From the NCBI GenBank assembly GCA_012295275.1, contig CM022674.1, positions 12,338,001-12,402,000 of the forward strand: a stretch of 64,000 nt of DNA, read 5' to 3'. The position numbers and the translations under genes were made by a program. Below, in pieces: positions 14,001 to 58,318 of the stretch. The DNA is from Chrysomallon squamiferum (lineage: Eukaryota; Animalia; Mollusca). A model generated the notes under the pieces. That model searched no databases. It had not been told where the DNA came from and saw only the letters and a program-made list of their open reading frames with translations. How positions within the stretch are numbered: position 1 is the first letter of the stretch; each line of letters opens with the position of its first letter.

Positions 14001-14786
14001 CGTATCAGTGACCTTCTGACACTGAAGGTCAGAGGTTAAGGTTAATATAATGAGCAGGTGTGCCTACCTCTGGGTCACAGTGATATAACCACCAGACTAT
14101 GAAAGGTACAGATATTGCACATAAAACAGTTGTGCTGACATAACATTAATGGTTAAGCAATTCTGTGATCAGATCTTGGCACTGAAAGATGTGTTTATCT
14201 AACTCACTAACATATTAACAATGACAGACAACTACTTTGTGTTTATGACCAAGGCAGACATGCATGATTATTCAGTATATTCAAGTAAATACAAATCTGT
14301 TTTAAGTGGTTATTTAAGAAAATCAGAAGATGTCTAGATTGGGATATCAAGTCAGAAATTTTGACCTGAAAATATTTCCAATCCAACCATTATGTAGTTC
14401 CTAGTATAAAGATATTAATCATTTAGTTTTGCTTTACTGCTACTTTTACTGCTATTTTTATTATTACTATTATTAATACTTCGATTACTATTATTTTTAA
14501 TATTTATTTATTAATTTATTTATTTTTATTATTACTGTTGTTATTATTTTTGATCAACAATAATTGCAAAAATCTTACTTAATCGTTGTTTCAAGCCAAT
14601 TTTATACAGTATTTATATTTAAAATAAATTTATTTTGTCATAAAATGAATATATATATAATAAAGAGCACATAACAGATAATATTTAAATATTTATAATT
14701 AATTAAGTATATTATTTATTTTATGCTTATTTTAAAGAATAACTGAATGTATGAGTAGGTTGATATATGAATTGGAACAAAGGAAG

Positions 14787-14821
<35 letters not shown>

Positions 14822-16057
14822 TGTAGATCATATATCATACAGTCAATGGTTTTTTATTTGTTGTGTATATGAACCCACACAGAGACATGTCAGTATTTTG
14901 TTAAAATGAAATCTGTAATCTAAACCTTGTTGTACTGCTACTGGTTCAGACTTGTTACCCAGTGAACTACTACTTTAATATCCACCCTGATGAGTTTTTC
15001 ATTCACAGAATTAATTTTAGAATTGTTATTAAAATTTGCATAATTTAGTTAATGTTTGCACTGTTTGATAAAACTGTGTGAGTAAATGTGTATATAAAAA
15101 TATTTTGTTAGTTTAATGTTTTTTTTTTTTTGTAGATGTAATGTGATTAATTTCAGTTGATTATTTTTCATGTGTTGTTAAGTTAGATAAACAAAGTATT
15201 GATAGTTTCAATATATTCAAAACTCAAGTTTGGGATTTTATAAACGTAATGTGTTCATTTGATTATGATTTATATGTTTTGTTTTAGATAAATAAAGTAT
15301 TGATAGTTATAACATACACTGAGCTCTATTTAAATTTACGTGCAACTTGAAAATGTTTTAGTAAAGCTAATTAAAGTTACTTTGTCACATACATGTACAT
15401 GCAGACACAAATACACACTTATACACACATGTACATACAGAAAAAGATATACACAGAATTGAAAGAATAGATAAAAACACAATGTAATAAGCACTATATA
15501 TAGGTACACATACAAAGAGAAATGAACATGTACTTCACATCTGTTTGTGTGTGTTTGTGTGTGTGTGTCAAATATACATATGCAGTCTCACACAAACATA
15601 TTCTTGATTAATCTAATTAAGATTAATAATATCTTTTTTATTTATTTTCAGAATTGAAAGGAATACATAAGCTTCTGTTAAGGAAAAAATGAGATATTAG
15701 CCTGTTGGAGTAATATAATGAAATCATTTCTAAAATAAAAATTGTACCCACTGTAATAATGAGACAGAATGGAAGACAACTATATTAAGAATAAATGAAT
15801 AATAAAAAGAATATAATATTTCATATTGGAACCAGAAGTATTCTAAGAGTACAAAAAAACATCAGTATATTTTCAAATATGATGAACTGGATGGTGGAAA
15901 TTAAAGGTAGAAATAAACACACTATTTTACCTGTGACTGGATTAATTGGTATTCTGAAAAATGACTCCTTTGGATAAAATAAAATAGAGCATGTGAGCAG
16001 TTTTTTATTCAAAAGAAATGAGATATTGCAATGTGTCATTTAGATCTTGGATAAACC

Positions 16058-47006
<30,949 letters not shown>

Positions 47007-49512
47007 AAATGAATAGATATTTATTGAGAGGATTAAGATTACAGGATTACAGATTATAAATGTTTATGATTCAAGAACTGAAGATGGAAACAAGTTATGC
47101 AGTGATAAAAAAAATTCCAGATTTTAATTCCAGGTGCAGATTGGTTGGGAGGTGTTTGAAGGGTCTCTCTGCCCCTTTTCATATTGACCAAAATGTTTTT
47201 TTATCTAAAATGTCTTCCCATGTATACAGAAACAGTTTTCTATTTGTTTTAATTATACATGTACATATTGACACAAAAATCTCAGTTTTTCATACATTTT
47301 CACATGAATTTGGTCAACATTCTCAGACAATCAACATTTCTTGTTCACTGTTAAAACAAATCCAGCTTGATGTAACATACTGATTTTTACCCCATATTTG
47401 ACATGAATAGATACTTTTGACAAAATAACTAATGTTATTAAATTTATTATCTGAAGTAAGAAATTTTGAAATAAAAAGATTCTTTTTTTTAATTTCATAT
47501 TTAAATATTAGTGACACAAGTAATTATGTGTTCTGTACCAGTCTTGATCTTGTATCACAATATCCCTGAGATTCTGATAAAGTTTTAAAGCTACAGGGAA
47601 GTCAAATTCATGACCACTGTAGCTGCCTCTGTACTTACACAGAGGTCAAAATTATGACCATTATAGCTGTCACAAAAAGTCCAGAGGAAATGAAAATCTG
47701 GACATCTATAACAGTTGTTATGACTACACAATAGAGTAAAGTGTTTTTAGCATAATTTATAGATACATTTAAAACAAAAACAACCACAGTAAACTGAAAA
47801 AATATGCAAAATATGTTTTATTGTGTTTATTTATACAGATAAACTGTGTGGAAGTGTAAATATATTTATTCAAGCCTGTTGTAATTTAAAGCATATTTTT
47901 GAAGTTATTTTATTATACAAAACAGTTACATACTCTGCAAGTAGTTTAGAGTTGTTTTATTTATTTGTCTCAAAAATGTAAATATTTACTTTTATTTTAA
48001 TGAGCTTTTAAAATTTTGTTTCCATGTTTTATCTCTAAAGATGTAGTAGATATTCATTTTTGCATTAAAAAATATTATATTTAATTTTTAAATAATTTTA
48101 TGCCATTGTTGTAAAAATGATTATTCATTACTAAATCAGTTCATTTATTTATTTTATAAAAATTACTTTCTACTGTCTCAGTTTTATTTTTTTATTGTTA
48201 ATAAAACTGATTTACATCTCTCCAGGATTTAAAAATAATAATAATAATAATAAGAAGAATAATAATAATAAAAAAAAAAAAAAAAAAAAAAAAAAGTTTA
48301 AAGTTGACTTGTTTATGTTAAATTGATTTACTGTTGTGTTTATGTATTTGATTTAGGAGTTGGAGGGTGTTTGTTTAACTTAGACAGTTTAACCTAGCAA
48401 AGAACATTGACATAAATGTACTTTTTGTCCAGTATTATATGTTTTAAAAAGAAAATTAAAAACAGTAATCATAATAAGAAAAGACAAACAATTACCATAT
48501 GGAAATTTATTTTCAATTTTACATTAATTTTTAAAAAATATAATGCAATAATTTTTTTTAAATTTTAATTTTTTTTTTTTTACCTTCATCATTAATATCA
48601 TTCTGAAAAGATATTTATATCAAAATGGACATCGATAATGATGTCAAAACCTTTTGGTACTTAATAAGATGTGTACAGGATAAGACACACACAGTGTATG
48701 TGTAATGTTTTTAAATCTCAAAAGATTCTAGAAATGTCTCTGAACTCAGTGAAATATTTCACACTCAGTTTGAGGTTGCTGATTCAAATCCTTGTTAAAA
48801 AACTAGTAATAAATTTTCTTTTTAATTTAAAATATTTTAATTTAAAATATATTTATTTATTTATTTTTATTTATTTTCTGATCTCGTATTTAAACAAACA
48901 TACTATGTTCAGTCTCAGTGAAGGTTCATTATATTTATTTTTATTTATTTTTTATTATAATTAATTTTCTTTCATTTTCTTAAAATAATAGTTATTTATT
49001 GTATCTGCTTATCTAGTTGAATTTTGTTTTTAACCACATCACAACACAAGTCATTGAAGACTAAACATTTTAAACTTCAAACACAGAAAATCCATTATAT
49101 ACAGAATTATTGTTTTTTCATATTTATTTATAATAATTAACATTTTAGATTTCAAAACACAGAAAATCCATTATTTTTATCTCTATTTATTTTACTTGTT
49201 TTATTTTAATCATAAGATGAAATATGATGATGAAATATTTTAAATTTCAGACAACAGCAAATCCAATGTACATTTGTCTTGTGTGTTTTTTTATTGATGC
49301 AAATCTTACAGCAAATCTAGAATTTAATATAAATTTGTTGTTTCATAATATAAAAAATTCCATGACATTTTTATTTATGGTGCAGATTTTTTACATTTTC
49401 TTTGATGATTAAATTTCAGTGTGAAATTGGTTTTGACCTGTCTCTGTTGTGAAACAAATATATTTTACTTTTTTTTTTTTTTTATCAAATATTGAAACAA
49501 AAATAGTTATTA

Positions 49513-49548
<36 letters not shown>

Positions 49549-50814
49549 GTTTTCTATACTAATGTGTAAACTTTTAATATGAAAATATAAAATTCCAATG
49601 TCAAAGTGTAGAATTTGTAAATTGAAGACAAAAAAATATGATGTAAAATATGAAGTTGTTTTGCACTATAAAAGCTATTAAAATGGATGCCAAAAGTTTA
49701 AACTGTTTTAATCAAAAATGTAAAAAAAACATTTATGCCAAAATGAAAGACTTTATGAAAATTTGTAATTTTAACCATTGCTTTAAATTCTTTTTACCTA
49801 AACCAATTTTGGGGTTTTGTCATAAAGTTATAATTGAATTTTGCCTGCTTTGTATTTTTTTTTTTCTTTAATTAATTTTTTTTATTGCACTGCTTTTTTC
49901 TTTTTTTTTCTTTTTTGGTTTGTTTTGTTTCTTCTTTATAAAATGAAAATAACTTACTTAAAATGCATTTACAAATCTTAATTATTTATAATCCATTATA
50001 ATACTGTATTTGCTGATGTATTGGTTGCATTCATCGATACATCACTGGATGATGTAATAGTAAAATACACTTCAATGTTCCGAAAGTAAAAAAGAAAGTG
50101 TTTTATACTGAATATGGTACTGGTTGACCATCAATGATTCAGCATTACTTGTGCCTGGAAAATGCAGGAAGCCTCATTTTGCTGGATAACAGAGTGGTTC
50201 GATTAAAAACAAACCCTGCAAGATTAACAAGTAAATACAGTATTTATTTATTTTTCATCTGCTACTGTGTGACGTTCCAGACCAGTATTTCTTTCTCAGA
50301 TTCGTATTATAGACTAGTTTTATTATGGTAATATACACCAGTTTTGATTTCTGAAAGTATATATATTTATTTAAAAAAGAAAATCCAACTAGACCAAATT
50401 TCTAACACTGTGATAGATTATAAGTGCCAAACTAAAAATATTTGACGTGTTGATTATATATTTTTCTTATGTAATAAAATTAATTTAAATACCATATCGT
50501 TTTCTTTTATTTATGAAGTATTATAATTATTTTTTTTGTTGTTACTGTTGTTATTACCATCATTATTATCAAAGCTGTTGTTGTGAACTTCTGACTCCAA
50601 CATCATCACTACTACTACAGCTGCTGCTGTTATTACTACTACTACTGGTACCACCACCTTCCACCAGTTAAACTGTTACTACTACTACATCATCATAATC
50701 ATTATAACTGTTATTTCTATCATCATCATCATAAACACAATCATTACTACTGTTATTATTTCTATTATTATCATCCTTGTCATAATCAAAAATCATCACC
50801 ATTGCTATTCAAGG

Positions 50815-50885
50815 ATTTCTGGATCAATTCTCCATTAGGAAGTTTCCCATTCCAGAAAGTGCTCTTTGACTGGTGTATGAAAATC
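50815..50885 (+). mobile_element. Fragment of an old dispersed repeat (SINE-like), best-preserved copy
   Basis: Core TTTCCCATTCCAGAAAGTGCTCTTTGACTGGTGTATGAAAA resembles segments at 8102-8168 (+), 23971-24050 (+), 30756-30801 (-), 58758-58800 (+) and 60249-60288 (-). Confidence 0.45.
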
Positions 50886-52085
50886 TTTGTCTACTATAAA
50901 GTACACAAGATGCCTGTGGTTTTGAAGCAGATGACTACATCATAATAAAAACCAAATGTTTAATATGTGGGAAAGTAATAGTTGAAGAGTTTTAAAAAAC
51001 TGCTCTAGTATGTTTAAAATGAAGCTAGCCAAACAGCCTAAGATGTTTTAAAATCTTCGATTAAACACACAAGAGCCATTACGATTACCTTTAATAAAAA
51101 AAAAGCAACATCAAACAATAAAAAAAATTCTAACATGCTTTATTTCTGTCCAGCCATTCTCTAAGACTAAACAATTTTGATTAACAATCTACAGTGAGTG
51201 AAAGATGGTAGAATTGATCATGTTTTGTATCCACTTTGGAAATGTCTACTTCCCCCAGGCAGGCAACATTGTCCAGTTTGAAAACCTCTGCCCATGAAAA
51301 TACCTCAGTTTTAAAAACCACACATTCAGAGAAAAACATAAAATATATGCATCATCAACAAATTTAATCAAAGAACAAACAAAATAAATTTTGAAACAAA
51401 CTTTTTACTTTCAAAAAGCTAAACAAACACAAGAAATTTTCAGTTAGTAAGAACTTCAGACACTTTTTTTTCAATAAACGAAACAAAATGTTTGAACTGC
51501 AAAAATATTTTAATTTTAAATCAGACAAAAATCTTTTTTTAAATTTCCACAGGCCAGAAAAATGGTCTGAACAAAATTCATACTGAAGCTGGAAAAATAA
51601 TTATGTCTTGAAACAAACTTTATATTGGACTTTTCTAAATGTTAATTCATTACGACACAGCATTCTTTCTAACACACCCACAGGAACACACACACACACA
51701 CACACACACACATGCTTACAGTAGTTATAATAATAATCCAAATATTAATACTAACTAAAATAATAATATATTTGTAATAATTTAATATTTTCACAAAAGC
51801 AGAAGATGAATCACGGAAAAGGTGAAACATAAAAACTACAGATACCATAAATTAGTAAAGAAATTTTTTTTTTTTATTTAATTCAGTCTCTAAAATTTAT
51901 TAACTTAAGCCAAATATAAACATCCACTGTAAACTTTACCACTGCAGAATAAAAATAAATAAATAAATAAAAAAATATTAATAGAATAAAAATCAAAACA
52001 GAAAAATGGAAAACTGATTTTATGTAATTTCTAAATTTAGATCATCAATACCATCTTAGAATAATTCATTTGGTAGGTTTCAGTT

Positions 52086-52122
<37 letters not shown>

Positions 52123-52729
52123 TAGATGTATATAGTAAGAGATAGACAGATTGAAAGGAATAGAAATATACATAGATAGCTACAGACATAAATAGACTGA
52201 CAGCTAGACAGACAGTCATAGACAGATAGACAGCTAGACAGACAGATAGATAGATAGATAGATAGACAGCTAGACAGACAAGTAGATAGATAAAGAATGT
52301 TACAGATACAAAGTTAGACATACAGAAATAGCACTGAAATAAAAAATAATTTAAAAAATTATTTGTCAGTTTTAAAAAGCAATACTCCAAAACAAAACAA
52401 AAAATCACAATCAGAAACAATTTTTTTTTTAAATATCAAAACATTAAATTTGTAATAACTAATTAACTATTAATAAAATGTAGTCTGATCTCATAACCTT
52501 TAATGAAAATGTATTTAAAAAATACTAATAATAAAAGTAGAGAAAATGCTGCATTTTTTTTTTAATTCTACTCATCAAAGATTGTAATTCTACAATGAAT
52601 GAACATCATTCATATAAGATGATATGAAAAATATACACTACCAAATGTTATTTCAAGAACTTGAGCACTGTGTTTTCTTTTTTTACTCTTTCTCTTCTTT
52701 TTCATCTTTTTTTCTTTCCTTTCCTCCGA

Positions 52730-55531
52730 TCACTTCTGATCTCGGACTGACTGAAAATGGTAGAACACTTCGTTGATGATGTCAACGTGTGTTCTCTCAC
52801 TCCAGTACTTGGCTTCATCCATGACGTAGTTCTGTCGCCGTCTGCCCTCGCTGAAGTCGATGGCGTTGATGTTAATGCTCGGAAAATTCTGCTGCATCCA
52901 GTTGGAAAACTTCTTCGTTGGAAACGTCATTTTCTTCAGCAGACTTTCCATGAAGTAGAAATCTCTGTCGTCAAAGATGCCGGCTGGGATGGAGTAGGAG
53001 TGTGACATGTCGGTGATGTTTTCATTCTCCTTGATGAGGAAGTCGATGTACCAGGACACAATGTGTCGCGGTTTCAGCGTGTGGATTGTCGAAGCTATCT
53101 GGTAATTCACGTACCCCTTAGAGTCGTCTTCACTCGATGGGTGGCAGGTTTTCTTGCTCGACTGCGGAGAGGCTGTGCTGTGGTCGATGCTGCTGTGACT
53201 TCGTTTTGTGGCTTTAGCTGATGTTGTCTGCTTGGAGGAAAGGTGCGGGGCGCTGGAGGATTCGCTGATGTTCTGCTTGCGAGGTCGTGACTTCTGGCTG
53301 GAACGACTCTGGTTTTCACGCTCATCGTGAGGAGCAGCGTTCCAGTTTCTGTTCCCATGACCTTGAACTGCCTCAGTCCTCTGCAGCATGTCGTGGTACT
53401 CCGGCACCGTGTACTCCTCCATCACAACGCCGCTGTTACACGACATCATGCCGTCTTTCGGAGGTCTCATAGCCTCAATGTTAGCCATGTTCTGCAAGGC
53501 TGGGGTAGCCAGGTATCTCTCGCGCACGTTGAACACAGCTGGAGGTACGCCCATGTTGCTGATGTGTCTCATTTCTGCGTTGTTTGTTGATGCTGTAGGT
53601 AAAAGAGAAGCAACTCCTGGCAAGCTATTTGTCTGGTGCATGTTTGCCCAGCCGATATCTGGTGGTCGATTGATGTGCTGGTTAACAACGTGTGCTGAAT
53701 TGTTTATGTAACAAGGCTGTTGGCGCTGCTGGAATGTTGGAACTGGTTGCTGTAGCTGCTGTGCAGCCATCAGCTCATCCAAGTCCTGTACGTTGCTGTA
53801 GCTGCGACCAGCATCAGCCCTCGCTGCTGATGGTGAAAATGGATTTTCACTCTGGTACATGAGACTGTCGAAAAGATTTGTTGATGGAGAACAGAGGATG
53901 CTGGGAGATATGTTCTGATTGGCTGGAAGATTTGGTTTTGGACTCTGCAAGACAAACTGTGAAAAGTCTTTCTGACACGAAGGACTGAAAACATTCCTCT
54001 GCTGTGGTGACCGCTGCTGCAACAGAGGAGATGACACGTGAACCTCCTGGTAGTTGCTGTTGTTGGCTACACACAATGCTGCTGCAAGGTTCACCTGACT
54101 GGCAAACCATTTAGAATGAGAAACTTGGGTGTCAGGGTAGCTGCTGTTGGTCTGAAGGTCTGCTGGGATGTAAGAAGTGCAGCTGCTGTGTGTTGACACG
54201 ACCGATGTTGAACTGTTCTGACTGTTCATCACGTTGTTGTTAGTCAGGTGCGACGTCTCCGCAGTGTTCTGGTAAACTGCAGCCATGACGTCCTTTTCTG
54301 TAGGGAAGAGATTGAACTGTGAGGTCACAGTCTCTGACTTGGCCACTTTGTTGTCAGACGTCATCATTGTGTTCTCTCCTGTCTGTTTTCCCAGGCCCAC
54401 ATACCCAGCTTGCTTCAAATGTTTAGGTACTTCTTTTATCATTTCAGATTCTAAAGGCATGTTTTGTCCACAAGGTGGCTGTTGCACACTAATGGATCCT
54501 GGCATAGCAACTTCTGCAGACATTCCAGCTTTGAGGACACTGGTCCTGTCAGCTAGAGCAGTTGCCTGGGGTGGACACACAAGGATGTTCTTGTTACTGC
54601 TTGTCATGTTATTTCTGCCAGTGTCCACAGCACACATTTCAGTTTTTCTTTGTTCATTCAGCTGATGTGTTTCCATCTTAGAGTCAGCTGCTGCAGATGC
54701 AGCATCTTCCCTTTTAAAAATGACAGTTTTTACAACAGAAACATCTTGAGGTTTTTCTGTGCAGGGTTCTTTTTTAATGTACACAGATTCTCCCAGTTTT
54801 GTCAGGGTAGTTGCCGTTTTGTTCTCTTGTGACATCTCACCATTGTTTTCTTCAACAAGCAGTGTTGATTCATCGGTGCTGTTGTCGTCAACGTAGACTA
54901 GCAGAATCTGAGTGTTGTCATCATCAGCAGTGTGCTGTTCTCCAACTGTTTTCTTTATCACTGTGCCACCTTCAGAACTCAGAGATATAGTCTGTGTGGC
55001 GTCAATATTCTCAAAACTTCTGGCAATATTCTTTTTGTAATTTGACAAAGGATCCATGGCTATGTCATTGTAAACTGGTGGCTCATCACAACCTTGTTCT
55101 TTCTTCAAGATCATCTGTACTGGCAGTTTTCTCAGTTTTGTCTCCTGCATCTTTGTATCTCTGGAATCAAGAGAAGATGACTGCCTTGTTCTTCTTGAGT
55201 TGCTGTAATTCTCAAACTGGCTAACGCTCACACCTCCTGCTTGAGGGCATGTGTTCACATCACTGCAGCTTTCTTCATGAGTGATGTCATGAACTGCTTC
55301 CTCTCTGACATCAATAGGAACATCACCATAGGCAGCATCTCGAAAATGTGTCACATTTGCATCCTGATTAATGTTAGGATCTGCTAATTCTTGTGCATTG
55401 TTGTTTATGTTTGCTTTGTTTCTGGGAACATTGTGACAATAAACATGCTTGTCTTGACCGGTTGAGTGGTCATTTGAATGATCTGGTGATGCAAGAGGCT
55501 CTGTTTTTGTCTTCACTGACACTTTTTCCAT
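52730..55531 (-). CDS. Uncharacterised 933-aa protein encoded by one coding exon: long disordered Q/S/N-rich region plus a C-terminal folded domain of about 125 aa (possible winged helix)
   Basis: 2.8-kb uninterrupted ORF with GC above the flanks. Minus-strand acceptor ttgCAG at 55565-55563, 31 nt before the ATG, with in-frame stops upstream. KxE motifs (TKTE, LKKE, IKKE, FKRE) and basic patches (RKSRPRK-like, KRSH). Confidence 0.85.
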   Translation of the reverse strand: MEKVSVKTKTEPLASPDHSNDHSTGQDKHVYCHNVPRNKANINNNAQELADPNINQDANVTHFRDAAYGDVPIDVREEAVHDITHEESCSDVNTCPQAGGVSVSQFENYSNSRRTRQSSSLDSRDTKMQETKLRKLPVQMILKKEQGCDEPPVYNDIAMDPLSNYKKNIARSFENIDATQTISLSSEGGTVIKKTVGEQHTADDDNTQILLVYVDDNSTDESTLLVEENNGEMSQENKTATTLTKLGESVYIKKEPCTEKPQDVSVVKTVIFKREDAASAAADSKMETHQLNEQRKTEMCAVDTGRNNMTSSNKNILVCPPQATALADRTSVLKAGMSAEVAMPGSISVQQPPCGQNMPLESEMIKEVPKHLKQAGYVGLGKQTGENTMMTSDNKVAKSETVTSQFNLFPTEKDVMAAVYQNTAETSHLTNNNVMNSQNSSTSVVSTHSSCTSYIPADLQTNSSYPDTQVSHSKWFASQVNLAAALCVANNSNYQEVHVSSPLLQQRSPQQRNVFSPSCQKDFSQFVLQSPKPNLPANQNISPSILCSPSTNLFDSLMYQSENPFSPSAARADAGRSYSNVQDLDELMAAQQLQQPVPTFQQRQQPCYINNSAHVVNQHINRPPDIGWANMHQTNSLPGVASLLPTASTNNAEMRHISNMGVPPAVFNVRERYLATPALQNMANIEAMRPPKDGMMSCNSGVVMEEYTVPEYHDMLQRTEAVQGHGNRNWNAAPHDERENQSRSSQKSRPRKQNISESSSAPHLSSKQTTSAKATKRSHSSIDHSTASPQSSKKTCHPSSEDDSKGYVNYQIASTIHTLKPRHIVSWYIDFLIKENENITDMSHSYSIPAGIFDDRDFYFMESLLKKMTFPTKKFSNWMQQNFPSININAIDFSEGRRRQNYVMDEAKYWSERTHVDIINEVFYHFQSVRDQK

Positions 55532-55919
55532 TTTTTATTCTAAATATGTTTTCTTTAGTCACCTGCAATATTTAAATTTTAACGTTTTTATGTAGTTATA
55601 AATATATATGTTTTTAAATCTGTTTTTATCTTGTAGGATTTTTCTTATTCTTAATTTTTTTTTTAAGTTTAATTTCTTTTTGTAAGGGGGTACACGTTTA
55701 TCGTTCTCTTTTTTTAAATAATTTTATTTTATTTATTATTATTACACTTATTTTTGTTTTTAAACTACAAATAATTTAGCTTGAAAATGCATTTAAATAA
55801 TTTTCTACATTTTTGTCTGATAACATTCCAAACTTAAAACATATTTATATAATAATAATAAGAAGAAGAAGAAGAATTATAATAATAATATAAAGTAGAA
55901 GAAGAAGAATGACATAATA

Positions 55920-56300
55920 TGGACTACGCGCGCTGAGAAACCTCCATCTTTCTTGAACTGAATCGTTATGGGAGATAACTGTGCATGTCAATATCTTTGT
56001 TTGAAATAATACTCAGTATTAATGATTCATCAATTAAATAATTTACTTATATATTACATTATTAAAAGGCATATGTGCAGATTATATACCAAAAAATAAA
56101 TATTTTATTTTCAATAATCATATATTACTTACTTTAACAAATTTACATCCCGTCTGCTGAAAAAGCACGCAGCGTCAGTTAAGAGAGTTATCTCCCGTTA
56201 GTATTACTATTTTTAGTATTCGGAGTCGTTCGATATTTTCCGACAACTATTAAAGATCCTGCCATCAGATACATAAAAAGGTCTAAATTAATTAAGTAAA
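55920..56300 (-). promoter_or_regulatory. Putative promoter and 5' UTR exon of the 933-aa gene
   Basis: CpG cluster; minus-strand donor GTAAGT (ACTTAC at 56127-56132) would give a 570-nt intron to 55563; an ATG-TAA start-stop lies just before the donor. Confidence 0.4.
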
Positions 56301-56977
56301 CTTCTTGCTATTGTTTTGCCAGTTTTATCGAGTAATAAATGTCAGATAATATCAAAACAAATTTGAGGCGATGCATGGAGTGTGATATTTATTTATTTAT
56401 TTATTTTATTTTATTTTATTTTATTTTATTTTATTTTATTTTAATTTTATTTTTTTAATTTTTTTTTTTTTTCGTTTGCGACATTATGCTATTGTATCTC
56501 TATATCATTTGATTTCTTCATTAATATACATCATTATTATTGTACAGTATTGTCAGTACTTTCAGGATATGTTTTTTCATTTTATTTATTTATTTGTTAT
56601 GTGTTTGTTTATTTATTTATCACTTTATTTATTTGCATTTGCGATGTGTTTTCTAATTGAATAGCAAAAATTTGTGTTAATTTCTAAGTTGTATAAGTAA
56701 CTTTGAAAGCCATTGTAACAATCGAAAACTAAATATTATTTATTTATTTATTTATTATTATTATTATTGTTGTTGTTGTTTTCGGTATCGTTGTTGTTGG
56801 TTGGTGGTGGTGGTTTTGGTGGTGCGTCTTATGCTCCAAAATATTTATTTTCTTATGTTAAAATTTCTTAAAAGTATTATATTGCATTTATTTACTTTTG
56901 TTTTTCTTCTTAAATTATTATTATCATTATCATCATCATTATCATCATCATTATTATTTTTATAATTATTATTATTA

Positions 56978-57030
<53 letters not shown>

Positions 57031-57316
57031 TGTAGTAAAAAGAGTTTAAAACGGACACGGTAAGATATCTGTAAATTAATATTTGTTAGCACAATTAATA
57101 ATATTTCAAGAATTTTATTTCATTTTATCTTATTGATGCAGAAATTTTAGAAATTAACCAGCTTCAATAACTGTAAGTACTTCTTTCTGCCTGTTTATAC
57201 ACATTTCTTATTTCACCCATTCTTTCAATTTAATAGTCACAATTTCTTTTTTTCTTTCTTCAAACATTAATTTGTTTACATTGTCTTTTCTCTTATTAGA
57301 ACAGTATACTCATGTG

Positions 57317-57412
<96 letters not shown>

Positions 57413-57539
57413 TACACTAACAACAAACACATGGCATTCCTACATAATCTGTGACATGAAATGGCATCATTTTCTGTTTGGATCCTTAGAACTGAAATTC
57501 TAACAAGACAGTCTAAATATCACGTTCGAATAAAAAGTG

Positions 57540-57725
57540 GACACGATTAAAAAAAAGTTCTGGAATTTCTGATATCGCTAATCGTTGACCATCCACGCCC
57601 AGGTGGCAACACCAACTGACCGCAACATAGACAACGCCTTCTGAAACAACTGCGCTGAATTCTTGTGAATAAGCTGATCTCAATTCTTTTCGCGACCTCT
57701 GACCCAGGATGGAGCAAAATGTTAA
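57540..57725 (+). mobile_element. Possible decayed 5' end of a second mariner-like element
   Basis: ACACGATTAAAAAAAAGTTCTGGAATTTC resembles mariner terminal repeats from memory and is followed about 170 bp later by ATGGAGCAA (MEQ). No partner TIR was found. Confidence 0.25.
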
Positions 57726-58283
57726 AGGTTAAACTTACAGAACTCTTACAACTTTGAAGGTGAACTTGTTGTGGTGTTGATAAATACCTGAATTAATTTC
57801 TGTCTGCCATGATGGTCATTTTTCATTCGTTTGTTGTTAAAGCGTTTTTATAATGATTGGAACAAATAATACTTCAAAGTTTTTGTTTCTTTTTGTTTTG
57901 TAGTTGTTTGTTTTTTTTTTTTTTGTTTTTTGGGTTTTTTTTTGTGTGTGTTCTTTTTTTAATTATAGCCTAATGTTTATCTGTTTGTTAGAGTGTGGTT
58001 TTAGTGGTGTGAACATATGGTCTAAATATATTTTGTATACTTAAGAGATTTCCTTTTATTTGTTTCTTGTTATTGTGTACATACGTGGTACTGTGAATAT
58101 AAGGCCTAAATATATTTTGTACATTTATTTGAAAAAACCACTTGTAACGGTGTGACAAATTAAAGCTAAGTAAATCTTTTTCACTTCCACGGAAAATAGA
58201 CGTATTTGGATTTGTTTTTCTTTCTCTTAAAATATGATATTTATTTGCTGTTATTGTATTGGTCTGATTGATATTATAATCAT

Positions 58284-58318
<35 letters not shown>

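Noticed and set aside
55532-55562. Open frame VTKENIFRIK upstream of the 933-aa ATG, suggesting another homopolymer frameshift
   Set aside because: The candidate upstream exon looks non-coding (ATG-TAA) and the segment is too short to be informative.
52757-55575. Short antisense and alternate-frame ORFs over the 933-aa gene and over the giant exon
   Set aside because: Shadow ORFs of real coding sequence with no independent splice or homology support.
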